A program made the position numbers and the translations under genes. From Rhodospirillaceae bacterium (lineage in GTDB: Bacteria; Pseudomonadota; Alphaproteobacteria; Rhodospirillales; CALINB01), in assembly GCA_038114465.1 (NCBI GenBank), contig JAYNQW010000004.1, forward strand, positions 89,528 through 153,527: a stretch of 64,000 bases of DNA. The letters run 5' to 3'. Of this stretch, positions 38,970-48,388 are shown in pieces; positions within the stretch are counted from its first letter, which is position 1, and the number at the start of each line of letters is the position of its first letter. Under the pieces are notes generated by a model. The model ran no database searches and was not told the DNA's origin. It saw only the letters and a program-made list of their open reading frames with translations.

Positions 38970-39929
38970 TTAAAGAATGTCTTTGTTCACGACCAAACTG
39001 GGGTCGAGCTTGCCGTCGAATACGGCTAAGACATTCCGCGCACAAACTTCCGCCATACGCTGGCCACACTCGACGGTAAACGCACCGCAGTGCGGAGAAA
39101 TGACAATATTATCGAGCTTAAACAGAGGGTTATTCGCCTCCGGCGGCTCAGGATCAAACACATCCAACGCCGCCGCAGCCAATTTGCCTGACGACAGGGC
39201 TTCACATAAATCACTTTCGTTGACCATGCCGCCTCGCGAGACGTTCACAATAAACGCGCCATCCTTCATGGTTGAAATTTCTTTTGCCGTGATCAAGTTT
39301 TCCGTTTCCGGTGTCTTCGGTACGTGGATGGAAACATAATCCGCATCCGGCAAAGCCTTGTGAAAGTCTTCAACCGGCTCGTAACCAGCTTTCTTCACAT
39401 CTTCCGCCGACACAAACGGATCTGAAATAAGCACCGTCATACCGAATGCCGCACACCGCTGTGCAACCTCTCGACCAATACGTCCAAAACCGGCAACGAG
39501 AACTTTCTTATTTAAGAGTTCCGTTTGCGAAAACGAATCGCGGATTTTGAAATTTCCATCCCGGGTCGCATTGTCATAGGCGACGAGTTTTTTCGCCATC
39601 GCCAACATCATTGCAAGCGTATGCTCAGCAACAGCTGTTGCGTTCACGTTACCAACCAAAGCCAGGGGTATTTTTCGCGCCGTCAATGCATCAACATCGA
39701 CCGCTTCATATCCGACGCCATGACGCGCCACAATTTTAAGGTTCGGCGCGGCATCGACAACCTCTTGGTTGATTTTCGTCATGCGTACGATGATGGCATC
39801 CGTTTCCGGAAGATGGTCGAAAATTTCCGGCACGTGCTCCGCTAATTCCGTAAATTCAACATCTGGTGCATCACGCAAAATTTGCAGCCCGGCATTGTGA
39901 ATTTTGCCGAGCACAAGAACTTTTTTCAT
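38970..39929 (-). CDS. D-isomer-specific 2-hydroxyacid dehydrogenase (SerA/GhrB-like)
   Basis: 319 aa. NAD fold VLVAGFGRIGREVAQR, and VNVSRGGMVNE ... ISPHCG catalytic region. Confidence 0.85.
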   Translation of the reverse strand: MKKVLVLGKIHNAGLQILRDAPDVEFTELAEHVPEIFDHLPETDAIIVRMTKINQEVVDAAPNLKIVARHGVGYEAVDVDALTARKIPLALVGNVNATAVAEHTLAMMLAMAKKLVAYDNATRDGNFKIRDSFSQTELLNKKVLVAGFGRIGREVAQRCAAFGMTVLISDPFVSAEDVKKAGYEPVEDFHKALPDADYVSIHVPKTPETENLITAKEISTMKDGAFIVNVSRGGMVNESDLCEALSSGKLAAAALDVFDPEPPEANNPLFKLDNIVISPHCGAFTVECGQRMAEVCARNVLAVFDGKLDPSLVVNKDIL

Positions 39930-39963
39930 TAAGATTTCTCTCTTTCCGTTAGTGAATTAAAAA

Positions 39964-40422
39964 CTAGCTGTCTTCGCCGGCGATAAAAGCACCGCTTTTT
40001 TTACCGTCGACGGCATCGCCGGCAACGTAATAACCAACATCTTTAGCTGCAAAATACACCGCATCTTCTTCATCGGTTGTCACGACGTAATGCTCTTCAT
40101 TCGCCGGGATATGGATCAGCTGACCGGGACCCGCGATTCCTTCCTTATCGCCGACCTTGTATTTTACTTTTCCCTTCAATACGAGATTGAATTGCTCATT
40201 AGCATGGGTATGCAAACGAGATCCCGTTCCTTTCGGTTTATTAACAAGAACGACTTGAAGCTTCTTGCCGCGAACGGCTGCACCGATTGAAGAAGAATAA
40301 TGAGGACCAATCATAAACTGATCCATGTCGCCCATATTGAACAGGCAATTATCGGCACTGGCCCGAGTTACCAGCTTGTCGGTTTCTTCGTGAATGTTTT
40401 CATATTTTTCTTCGTCACTCAT
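39964..40422 (-). CDS. Cupin_2 (KdgF-like) protein, tandem copy 3 (most divergent)
   Basis: 152 aa. GTGSRLHTHANEQFNLVLKG and GQLIHIPANEEH. Confidence 0.8.
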   Translation of the reverse strand: MSDEEKYENIHEETDKLVTRASADNCLFNMGDMDQFMIGPHYSSSIGAAVRGKKLQVVLVNKPKGTGSRLHTHANEQFNLVLKGKVKYKVGDKEGIAGPGQLIHIPANEEHYVVTTDEEDAVYFAAKDVGYYVAGDAVDGKKSGAFIAGEDS

Positions 40423-40437
40423 TGTTTGCCTCCCAAT

Positions 40438-40881
40438 TTAATCCGATTTAACACCGGGTGCGACATACGCACCGGTGTTCTTGCCGTCAACGGGATCGCC
40501 ATACATTAAATGCGACGTATCCTTCACGGCGTAATATTCAACATCGTTATCTTCCGCCGCGACCGTGTAATGAGGCGTATCGGCCGGAATATAAATTAAG
40601 GTACCAGGCGTCGCGACAGATTCCACATCACCGACGCGAACCTTCAGTTTTCCTTTTAATACGTAATTAAACTGCTCATTCGGATGGGTATGCAGTCTCG
40701 AACCGGTTCCCGGTTTTTTACGCACAACTGCAACTTGCACTTTGTTGCCTTCGACGATGCCGCCGCGGGCGGATGAGTAGTGTTCTCCGATCCCGAACTC
40801 TTCAAGATTGAAGAGATCGAAGAAACAGTTGCCATTCCCGGCTTTGTGAGAATGTTGATTAATTTTTTTATCTTCAGCCAT
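40438..40881 (-). CDS. Cupin_2 (KdgF-like) protein, tandem copy 2
   Basis: 147 aa. GTGSRLHTHPNEQFNYVLKG and GTLIYIPADTPH. About three-quarters of residues are identical to copy 1 by eye. Confidence 0.8.
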   Translation of the reverse strand: MAEDKKINQHSHKAGNGNCFFDLFNLEEFGIGEHYSSARGGIVEGNKVQVAVVRKKPGTGSRLHTHPNEQFNYVLKGKLKVRVGDVESVATPGTLIYIPADTPHYTVAAEDNDVEYYAVKDTSHLMYGDPVDGKNTGAYVAPGVKSD

Positions 40882-40923
40882 TGATTACTTACCTCAATCA
40901 TTAAAATGGTCGTTGACTTAGCA

Positions 40924-41361
40924 CTAACCGTCTTTGGGCTCGATATAAGCACCCGTGTTCTTGCCGTCGACCGCTTCGCCATGCATCAAATAAGACGTAT
41001 CTTTAATTGCGTAGTATTCAACATCGCCGTCTTGTGTCGCGACCGTGTAATGAGGAATATTCGCCGGGATATATACCAGCGTCCCCGCCCGGGCTAACCC
41101 TTCGACGTCACCGATCTTTACCTTGAGCGTTCCCTTGAGAACATAATTGAATTGTTCATTCGCATGCGTATGAAGCCGCGAACCTGTTCCCGGTTTTTTC
41201 CGAACGATCGCGACTTGGACCTTATCGCCTTCGACAATCCCGCCACGGCCCGACGAATAATTCTCGCCGATCCCGAATTCTTTAAGATTAAATAAATCGA
41301 AAAAACAATTGCCGTCGCCGGCCTTATAGGAATTTTGGTTGATTTTTTCTTTATCCGCCAT
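40924..41361 (-). CDS. Cupin_2 (KdgF-like) protein, tandem copy 1
   Basis: 145 aa. GTGSRLHTHANEQFNYVLKG and GTLVYIPANIPH. Confidence 0.8.
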   Translation of the reverse strand: MADKEKINQNSYKAGDGNCFFDLFNLKEFGIGENYSSGRGGIVEGDKVQVAIVRKKPGTGSRLHTHANEQFNYVLKGTLKVKIGDVEGLARAGTLVYIPANIPHYTVATQDGDVEYYAIKDTSYLMHGEAVDGKNTGAYIEPKDG

Positions 41362-41465
41362 TGGCCTCCCTTTTAATTGTTCTTTTTTTATAACAATAAA
41401 TTATTTTTTCCGATATCGCTACTTTCACGCTGCTACAGGCAAAAATAAAACCGGGTTTGCTTTTG

Positions 41466-42230
41466 TCACGCTTTATATTTTTTAGCCAAGGCCGCTGTTT
41501 CCCGGGAGAGTATGGCAAGGTCCGCACCAACACCGATATAAGCATACCCTTTTTCGAGACATGCCCGAATAAGGTCCTCTGAAGGCCATAATGTGCCTGC
41601 GGGCTTATTCACGGCCTGGCATTTGGCAAACCCCTCATCCAGTAGCGCTAATACATCCGGATGGGTCATTTGGCCGATCATGCCCATCTCGGCGGATAAA
41701 TCAGCGGGACCAAAAAAGAATCCGTCAACACCGTCGACGGCAGCAATTTCTTCAATATTGGCCAATCCTTTCTTCGACTCAATCTGCATTAACCGGCAGA
41801 TGGCTTCATCGGCCTCATGAACATAGTTTGGGTTCTTTCCAAACCGGTTGCCCCGCTGCATTAATGAGACGCCGCGGATCCCTTCCGGCGGATACCGGGT
41901 TGCTGCAACACATTCACGCGCATCATCGGCCGTTTCAACCATCGGAAAAACAAGCGACTGTGCGCCAGCATCCAGGAGCCTTTTCACAATCACGGGCTCC
42001 CGCCATGGCGGGCGCACTAAGGCTGAGCAGTCATTTTGCGCTAAGGCCTGAAGCTGACCGAGAACGGAAGCAATATCGTTGGGCGAATGTTCCATATCCA
42101 CACAGACCCAATCGAAGCCTGCATCGGAAAGAACATCGGCGACCCAATTACTGCAGAGCGTGCTCCACAGGCCGATTTGCTGCTCGCCCTTAATCAGTCG
42201 TTCTTTAAAACGGTTGGTAAACTTCGCCAT
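41466..42230 (-). CDS. HpcH/HpaI-family 2-keto-3-deoxy-acid aldolase
   Basis: 254 aa. GLWSTLCSNWVADVLSDAGFDWVCVDMEHSPND and RYPPEGIRGV are typical of HpaI/GarL/RhmA aldolases. Confidence 0.85.
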   Translation of the reverse strand: MAKFTNRFKERLIKGEQQIGLWSTLCSNWVADVLSDAGFDWVCVDMEHSPNDIASVLGQLQALAQNDCSALVRPPWREPVIVKRLLDAGAQSLVFPMVETADDARECVAATRYPPEGIRGVSLMQRGNRFGKNPNYVHEADEAICRLMQIESKKGLANIEEIAAVDGVDGFFFGPADLSAEMGMIGQMTHPDVLALLDEGFAKCQAVNKPAGTLWPSEDLIRACLEKGYAYIGVGADLAILSRETAALAKKYKA

Positions 42231-42253
42231 TTTTTAACTTTAGCCTAAAACAC

Positions 42254-42278
42254 CACAGCCCGGCAAAGCCGGGCTGTG
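42254..42278 (-). terminator. Intercistronic 11-bp GC-rich hairpin (attenuator/partial terminator or mRNA-stabilising element)
   Basis: CACAGCCCGGC-AAA-GCCGGGCTGTG between the amidohydrolase stop and the aldolase start. On the minus strand it is followed by GGTGTTTT. Confidence 0.4.
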
Positions 42279-42302
42279 AATGAAACGATAAAGTCAGAAG
42301 AC

Positions 42303-43625
42303 CTATTTATCCGCGATCTTCCAATCGAGATAATCTTTCTGAATGACCCGGACATCCTTGCCCGGCCGGCGGTCAACCATCAGTTGACCTTCTTTAAAGA
42401 CCATTTGAAGCTTTTTGCGGTCTTGCAGAATTTTAATGTTTTTCAGCGGATCGCCATCCACAACGACGATATCGGCAAGCTTTCCTTTTTCGAGGGTGCC
42501 GATTTCATCTTCCATATGCAGCGCTTCGGCGGCGTTTTTCGTTGCCGTCATGATCGCGTCCATCGGTTTCATGCCAAGATCGGTATAAATTTCAAGCTCA
42601 TAAGCATTAGTACCGAAGCCCGGTTCGTAACCCATGTCCGTACCCATGGCAATTTTGACGCCGCTTTCGTACATCACTTGGAAGGTGTTGAAGCAATCCG
42701 GTTGAATCCGTTTCATCTTCACCAAGATAAATTCTGCCGTACCGATTTCCCGGCGGATATCGATGGCATGGTCCGTGCGGTGTGCCAAGGTCGGCGTCAC
42801 GGGGACTTGTGCATCGACAATGCGGGCAATCGAGTCGTCATCATGAAACACCATATGCTCAATCGTATCGGCGCCGGCTTTCAAAGCCATCCGATGGGCA
42901 TCCGGTGTAAAGCAGTGAATGGAGGCAAAATGCTCAACGGCATGCGCTTCATCGACCACGGCGTCGAGCTCTTCTTGCGTATGGTTACGAACGGTCGGCT
43001 CTTCTTTATCGGTGCCGCCGCCACCCGAAGCACAGGTTTTGATCCAGTCACAGCCGGTGAGCAGATTTTTCCGCGCCAAACCGCGTAAGGCATCGGCACC
43101 GTCTGCCGTCGTTCCCGGCGGGCGAATCGCCGCACGCGGCAGGATGAGATCCAAGTGCGAGCCCGTGCCGACGGCAAAGGCACCAATCACGAGACGGGGA
43201 CCAGCCATAACGCCATTATTAATAGCATCGCGAACCGCGCACATTTCCTCCGTCACGAGGCCCCACGGGGTGATGAAACCGAGGTCACGCAACGTCGTAA
43301 AGCCCATTTCCAAGCAGAGTTGAGCATGAAACAGTGCATAAAGTTGTTGCAGCTGCGGTGTAATTTCCCATTGCGCAACGCGGTAATTATTAAAAGTTAA
43401 ATTATTAAACATGCAAAGATGGATATGAAGATCCATCATGCCCGGCATCAATGTCGCTTTCGGCACATTAATAACCTCAGCACCTTTCGGCACCTTGACT
43501 TTGCTGGCGGGACCAACAGCTTGAATTTTTTTGCCTTTAATTACGATGACAGGGTTCTTAACGACTTCGCCTCCGTTGCCGTCAATTAATCGCCCACCTT
43601 TAATAACTGTTACATTAGCCGCCAT
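42303..43625 (-). CDS. Amidohydrolase-superfamily metal-dependent hydrolase (COG1228-like)
   Basis: 440 aa. N-terminal beta-sandwich IKGGRLIDGNG and the H-x-H metal motif PGMMDLHIHL. Confidence 0.8.
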   Translation of the reverse strand: MAANVTVIKGGRLIDGNGGEVVKNPVIVIKGKKIQAVGPASKVKVPKGAEVINVPKATLMPGMMDLHIHLCMFNNLTFNNYRVAQWEITPQLQQLYALFHAQLCLEMGFTTLRDLGFITPWGLVTEEMCAVRDAINNGVMAGPRLVIGAFAVGTGSHLDLILPRAAIRPPGTTADGADALRGLARKNLLTGCDWIKTCASGGGGTDKEEPTVRNHTQEELDAVVDEAHAVEHFASIHCFTPDAHRMALKAGADTIEHMVFHDDDSIARIVDAQVPVTPTLAHRTDHAIDIRREIGTAEFILVKMKRIQPDCFNTFQVMYESGVKIAMGTDMGYEPGFGTNAYELEIYTDLGMKPMDAIMTATKNAAEALHMEDEIGTLEKGKLADIVVVDGDPLKNIKILQDRKKLQMVFKEGQLMVDRRPGKDVRVIQKDYLDWKIADK

Positions 43626-43953
43626 TAGAGATATCCCTCCAAAAAGTCAGATTTACATATTATCCACACGCCCCAGACTAGGGCGTGAGTCATTAGCGAA
43701 GATTCAAGTGAAACCGAAAAAAGCTTCCCCGGATTAAACTTGGTTTTCAGCCGTTTTATAACGCGGACAAAACAATCGTCAATCTTGAAACATCACCATC
43801 GGTTTACCTTGTGCACCGATCTCATGATTGTGGAAAATCTTCCACGCAATAAAAGCGCCTCTTTTCCAATTGAAACAATGCCTTAGTTGAAATTGCCCGC
43901 ACGAACCAAGAGAACTATATTCTTACCAAACCACACAGCCATAGGATCACACC

Positions 43954-45075
43954 ATGCAAACCCGAATTCCCTGCGTCCACATGCGGGGCGGTACATCAAA
44001 AGGCCCGTTTTTTCATCTCTCAGACTTACCGGCCGACGAAGCAACCCGTGACGCAGTCCTGCTCTCCGCCATGGGCTCACCGGATATTTTGCAAACCAAT
44101 GGGATTGGCGCGGCAACGCCCCTAACAAGTAAAGTTGCCATCATAAGCAAGTCAAAGCGTGATGATGCGGATTTGGATTATTTGTTTGCTCAGGTTGCGC
44201 TCGACAAACCTGTTGTCGATACAAACCCGAACTGTGGCAACATGCTCTCCGCCGTCGGCCCCTTCGGACTGGAAGAGGGCTTAATCAAAGCTGGTGATCC
44301 GGAAACCATCGTGAAGATATACAATGTCAACACGGATACGCTCATCGAGGCTGTCATCCAAACGCCCGGCGGCAATGTGACTTACGATGGCGATGCTTCT
44401 ATTGACGGTGTTCCCGGTACCGCCGCACCGGTCATTTTAAACTTTTTAAACGCAGCCGGATCAAAATGTTCTTCAATGCTGCCAACGGGCAAACCCAAAG
44501 ACATCATTGACGGCATCGAAGTATCTTGTGTCGATGTCGCCATGCCGATGGTTTTCGTCAAAGCCGAAGACATGGGCAAAACCGGGCACGAAAGCAAAGC
44601 GGAACTCGATGCGGATAAAGAATTTTACAAAAAACTAGAAGATATTCGGCGAAAGGCTTCAAAACTCATGGGCCTCGGAGATGCTTCAGACAAAGTCATT
44701 CCAAAATTCGGCATCGTTGCCGCCCCCAAGAACGGTAGCATAACCGCACGTTACTTTGTTCCCTTTACTTGCCATGCCGCGTTCGCCGTCACGGGAAGTT
44801 GTTGCGTCGCTTCTGCTGCCATCACGCCGGGAACGGTTGCCAATGATGTCGCCAAAATCGGCAACGCCGATAAGCAAATCGTGACTCTAGAACATCCAAG
44901 CGGATCAATTGACGTCAATGTTGAATTTGGCATGAAAGACGGTTTTCCCGATGTCAATCGCGTCGGCATTCTCAGAACGTGCCGCCGGTTATTCGAGGGA
45001 CATGTTCTCATTCCTGAATCAGTTTGGCGCGGGCATGAGTCTGATGCACCCAAACATCAGGCCGCGGCAGAATAG
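43954..45075 (+). CDS. PrpF-family isomerase (2-methylaconitate isomerase / 4-oxalomesaconate tautomerase-like)
   Basis: 373 aa. IPCVHMRGGTSKGPFF, TSKVAIISKS and NCGNMLSAVGPF. Confidence 0.8.
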   Translation: MQTRIPCVHMRGGTSKGPFFHLSDLPADEATRDAVLLSAMGSPDILQTNGIGAATPLTSKVAIISKSKRDDADLDYLFAQVALDKPVVDTNPNCGNMLSAVGPFGLEEGLIKAGDPETIVKIYNVNTDTLIEAVIQTPGGNVTYDGDASIDGVPGTAAPVILNFLNAAGSKCSSMLPTGKPKDIIDGIEVSCVDVAMPMVFVKAEDMGKTGHESKAELDADKEFYKKLEDIRRKASKLMGLGDASDKVIPKFGIVAAPKNGSITARYFVPFTCHAAFAVTGSCCVASAAITPGTVANDVAKIGNADKQIVTLEHPSGSIDVNVEFGMKDGFPDVNRVGILRTCRRLFEGHVLIPESVWRGHESDAPKHQAAAE

Positions 45076-46668
45076 TTATAAGTTGCCAGGTTTCGGCGAC
45101 TTCCCGTACAAAAATGTCATGTTAATCCGGTGATTTTCATAACCCGGTTTAAAATCGATATCGTCTGTTCCGTGTAAAACATTTGAATGGAACAATACGG
45201 CTCGGTTGCAACCGTACGGCACATGAAATGATTCGGCATCCGGCTCAGCAATCACCTTCTGGAATTCGCTTTGCTTTTGCTCGCTCATTTCGCCAAGAAA
45301 CTCTCTTGATACTTTCTTGTTCCACATAACCAATCCGCCGGTTTTCGGATCGTTGTTTGCCTCATCCGGCGTAATCCAAAAATTAATACTGGCCGCGCCG
45401 TCATCACAATGCACGCCAAGGCCGGATTTATTTTTAAAATACTTGTATGCCCAACAGGACGTAAACGGATATGCCCCGAATAACTTCGGAAATGCGCTCT
45501 TGATATCCATGGCAATTTGAAAAATCAAAGGACAGGAAAACCCTGTCATCAAATTTGTTTCGATCTCATCTTCGTAATCGAGCAGACTCCAAACCGTTGA
45601 ATTGAGACAGAACGCTCTTAATGCTTGCAGCGCCTCATCACGCAATAATCCGTCAAAGAACGTGAATCCGTGCGGGTTTTCGAAAAATTGCGCCTCGATT
45701 TCCTCCGTATCAAGCGAAGGCGATAGCGTACCTCCCTCAATGAGCGGGCTGTTTTCATGATAAACAATGCGATTATACGTATTTTGCAAAAGCTGCGATG
45801 CCGGTGGATTTAATGCACTCAATTTTCCTTCGTAACAATCTCCAAGGCGATCATAAATCTCTCGGTATTCATCGATCAGGGTTAGATAATCTTTCGAAAC
45901 TTTTTTCTGATTAATAAGATGATTGAGTTGATCGATGTCATGCTTAAGCTTCGTTTTGTTATAGCGGTTAAATTCCACAAACTCGTCTAATGGGCGCGGC
46001 CCTATTGCCCGAAATGCCTTGATAGGCTCAATAAAATGCCGGGCCGCTTCCTCAAACTTCCCTTTTGCAACAAGCACCAACCCCAAGTCCGTGAAAACCT
46101 CTGTCGATTGTGGATCCAGACGAAGGCAATTCCGGTATGCGGCTTCCGCTTCATCGAACTGCTTTGCGGTCACAAAGGCATTGCCCAAATTTCGATACGC
46201 GCCGGCATGATCTGGAGAATTTTGAATTACTTGCCGATATCGATGAACGGCATTTTCAATATCACCAGACTCCAAAAGCGCGTTGCCTAAGTTCAATAAA
46301 ATTTCCGTATTATCAGGATCGCCCGATAATGCCTGCTCTAATACGGGGATGGCGTCCGCCGGTCGCCCAAGATCAATCAAAACCAAGCCCAAATTTGCAC
46401 CGGCCTGTGTCAAGGATGGGTCCAATACAATCGATTGTTGAAAATGATCGGCCGCACTTTCCAACCGGCCGAGCATGTATTGAGCGTTACCAAGCAAGCA
46501 ATGAAAATCCGGATCATCCGGCTTTGCCGCAATGGCTTTCAGTAGATGTGTTTCGGCAAGCTCGGCAGAATCTTTTTCGAAGGCAATCAATGCGGCGAGA
46601 TAATTTGCTTCGGCATCATCAGGAGCGGCGGCAAGAATTCGATTGCACACATCTTCCGCCTCAGCCAT
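45076..46668 (-). CDS. TPR-repeat protein with C-terminal putative Fe(II)/2OG-oxygenase-like domain
   Basis: 530 aa. The N-terminal ~200 aa are TPR repeats. The C-terminus has GVHCDDGAASINFW (H-x-D) and AVLFHSNVLHGT. Its stop abuts the PrpF-family stop. Confidence 0.6.
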   Translation of the reverse strand: MAEAEDVCNRILAAAPDDAEANYLAALIAFEKDSAELAETHLLKAIAAKPDDPDFHCLLGNAQYMLGRLESAADHFQQSIVLDPSLTQAGANLGLVLIDLGRPADAIPVLEQALSGDPDNTEILLNLGNALLESGDIENAVHRYRQVIQNSPDHAGAYRNLGNAFVTAKQFDEAEAAYRNCLRLDPQSTEVFTDLGLVLVAKGKFEEAARHFIEPIKAFRAIGPRPLDEFVEFNRYNKTKLKHDIDQLNHLINQKKVSKDYLTLIDEYREIYDRLGDCYEGKLSALNPPASQLLQNTYNRIVYHENSPLIEGGTLSPSLDTEEIEAQFFENPHGFTFFDGLLRDEALQALRAFCLNSTVWSLLDYEDEIETNLMTGFSCPLIFQIAMDIKSAFPKLFGAYPFTSCWAYKYFKNKSGLGVHCDDGAASINFWITPDEANNDPKTGGLVMWNKKVSREFLGEMSEQKQSEFQKVIAEPDAESFHVPYGCNRAVLFHSNVLHGTDDIDFKPGYENHRINMTFLYGKSPKPGNL

Positions 46669-46918
46669 TTGGCCGGACCGCCGCAGTTCATCGGCATTAT
46701 CTAATGCCTGCTCGATCTCGAGTGATTGAATTTCAGTTTTCTCCTATCCCATGGAGTGAAGGCAGAAAAACAGCTTCGTTCAAAATATAACAAACGAAAC
46801 CGAATACAACTATGCCAACGATTTTTCATGAATGCCTATGAGACGGGTCAATCGGGTTTTAGGCAATTGATTGCGGGTGTATAGTTCTATTCATCACATT
46901 TTTTGAGGACACATCGCC

Positions 46919-48388
46919 ATGAAACCGATGAACCTGCTTTTCATCATGTCGGACCAGCACAGCAACAAAATTTTAGGGTGCCACGGCCATCCGATTATCA
47001 AAACGCCTCATATGGACCGGCTTGCCGAACGAGGAACACGGTTTACCGATGCCTATTCCCAATCACCGGTCTGTGTACCTGCAAGAGCTTCCATCGCGAC
47101 GGGCTTGTATGTTCACGAAAACAAAAATTGGTGTAACGCCCATTCTTATACCGGCGAAATCAAGGGGTGGGGACACCGGCTTCAAGAGGGCGGCCATCAT
47201 GTGCTTTCGATTGGCAAGTTGCATTATCGCAACGAGACCGATCCGACAGGGTTTGATGAACAAATCATCCCCATGCATGTTGTCGAAGGGGTCGGCGATC
47301 TGTTAGGATCCGTTCGTGATCAAATTCCCTTACCCGTACGCCATAAAGGCAAAACGCTGAGCGAGCGTATTGGCCCCGGTGAATCGACATATACGAAATA
47401 CGATAGCGATATTACAGAAAAAACCTGCGGTTGGCTGAGAACGGAGGCGCCTAAACATCAAGATAAACCATGGTGCCTTTTTTCTTCCCTTGTTTGCCCC
47501 CACCCGCCCTTCATCGCACCACCGGAATTTTACGCGCTCTATAATCCGGAAGAAATGCCGTTCGACAAAGGTGTTGGTGATGAAGATTTCAAACGCCACC
47601 CCTGGGTCGAGGAGCAACGCAATTGCCAATTCTTCGATCAGCATTTCAGGAATGAAACGCGCAAAATCGCCATTGCCTCTTATTTCGGCACGACATCGTT
47701 TTTCGACGATAATCTTGGAAAAATCATGCGCGCCCTGGAAGAAACGGGACTCGATCAAAGCACCCGGGTCGTTTACACGAGCGACCATGGTGAGAACCTC
47801 GGCACCCGCGGGCTATGGGGCAAATCCAACTTATACGAAGAACCCGCCGCCATACCGATGATCATTGCCGGACCGGATATCCCCGAAGGCCATGTCTGCA
47901 CCACCCCGGTTTCTCATGTCGATTGTTACCAGACAATCCTTCACGGGGTCGGTTTGCCCCTAAACGATAAAGAAAAATCGATGCCGGGCCGGTCGATGTT
48001 TGAAATTGCTTCTAATCACAATGACCCCGAACGCATTGCTTTCTCCGAATATCACGCCATGGCAGCGGCAACCGGCGCGTTCATGCTGCGCAAAGGCCGC
48101 TATAAACTAATTTACTATGTTGATTACAAGCCTGAATTATTTGATTTGGAAGCTGACCCGGAAGAAACCATCAATCTTGTAAGTGATCCGGCGCACAAAG
48201 ATACGCTGAGTGATATCGAGCAAGAATTACGCAAGATTATCAACCCTGAGAAAACTGACCGGGAAGCCAAAGCTAGCCAAGCGGCCATCATTGAAAAACA
48301 TGGCGGACGCGAAGCCATTATTCAACAAGGGGGCTTTGGAAATACCCCGGCACCCGGGGAAAAACCAGTATTTGCGGCTGGTCCGTAG
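46919..48388 (+). CDS. Cys-type sulfatase (formylglycine-dependent), no signal peptide
   Basis: 489 aa. LLFIMSDQHS metal site and SPVCVPARASIATG (C-x-P-x-R). The N-terminus has no hydrophobic leader. Confidence 0.85.
   Translation: MKPMNLLFIMSDQHSNKILGCHGHPIIKTPHMDRLAERGTRFTDAYSQSPVCVPARASIATGLYVHENKNWCNAHSYTGEIKGWGHRLQEGGHHVLSIGKLHYRNETDPTGFDEQIIPMHVVEGVGDLLGSVRDQIPLPVRHKGKTLSERIGPGESTYTKYDSDITEKTCGWLRTEAPKHQDKPWCLFSSLVCPHPPFIAPPEFYALYNPEEMPFDKGVGDEDFKRHPWVEEQRNCQFFDQHFRNETRKIAIASYFGTTSFFDDNLGKIMRALEETGLDQSTRVVYTSDHGENLGTRGLWGKSNLYEEPAAIPMIIAGPDIPEGHVCTTPVSHVDCYQTILHGVGLPLNDKEKSMPGRSMFEIASNHNDPERIAFSEYHAMAAATGAFMLRKGRYKLIYYVDYKPELFDLEADPEETINLVSDPAHKDTLSDIEQELRKIINPEKTDREAKASQAAIIEKHGGREAIIQQGGFGNTPAPGEKPVFAAGP

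Noticed and set aside
42276-43088. 270-aa ORF on the + strand
   Set aside because: It lies entirely antisense to the well-supported amidohydrolase gene (42303..43625). Its product is low-complexity and has no motifs. It is a typical shadow ORF of a GC-biased coding region.
43669-43690. Small inverted repeats in the amidohydrolase/PrpF divergent spacer (CACGCCC-N7-GGGCGTG, and GTGGAA-N4-TTCCAC near 43830) as operator sites
   Set aside because: The arms are short (6-7 bp), no cognate regulator is adjacent and the sites are not repeated elsewhere in the window. That is too weak to call without comparative data.
46110-46790. 226-aa ORF on the + strand
   Set aside because: It is antisense to the TPR-protein gene. 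The sequence is Arg/Pro/His-rich with no recognisable fold, so it is a shadow ORF.
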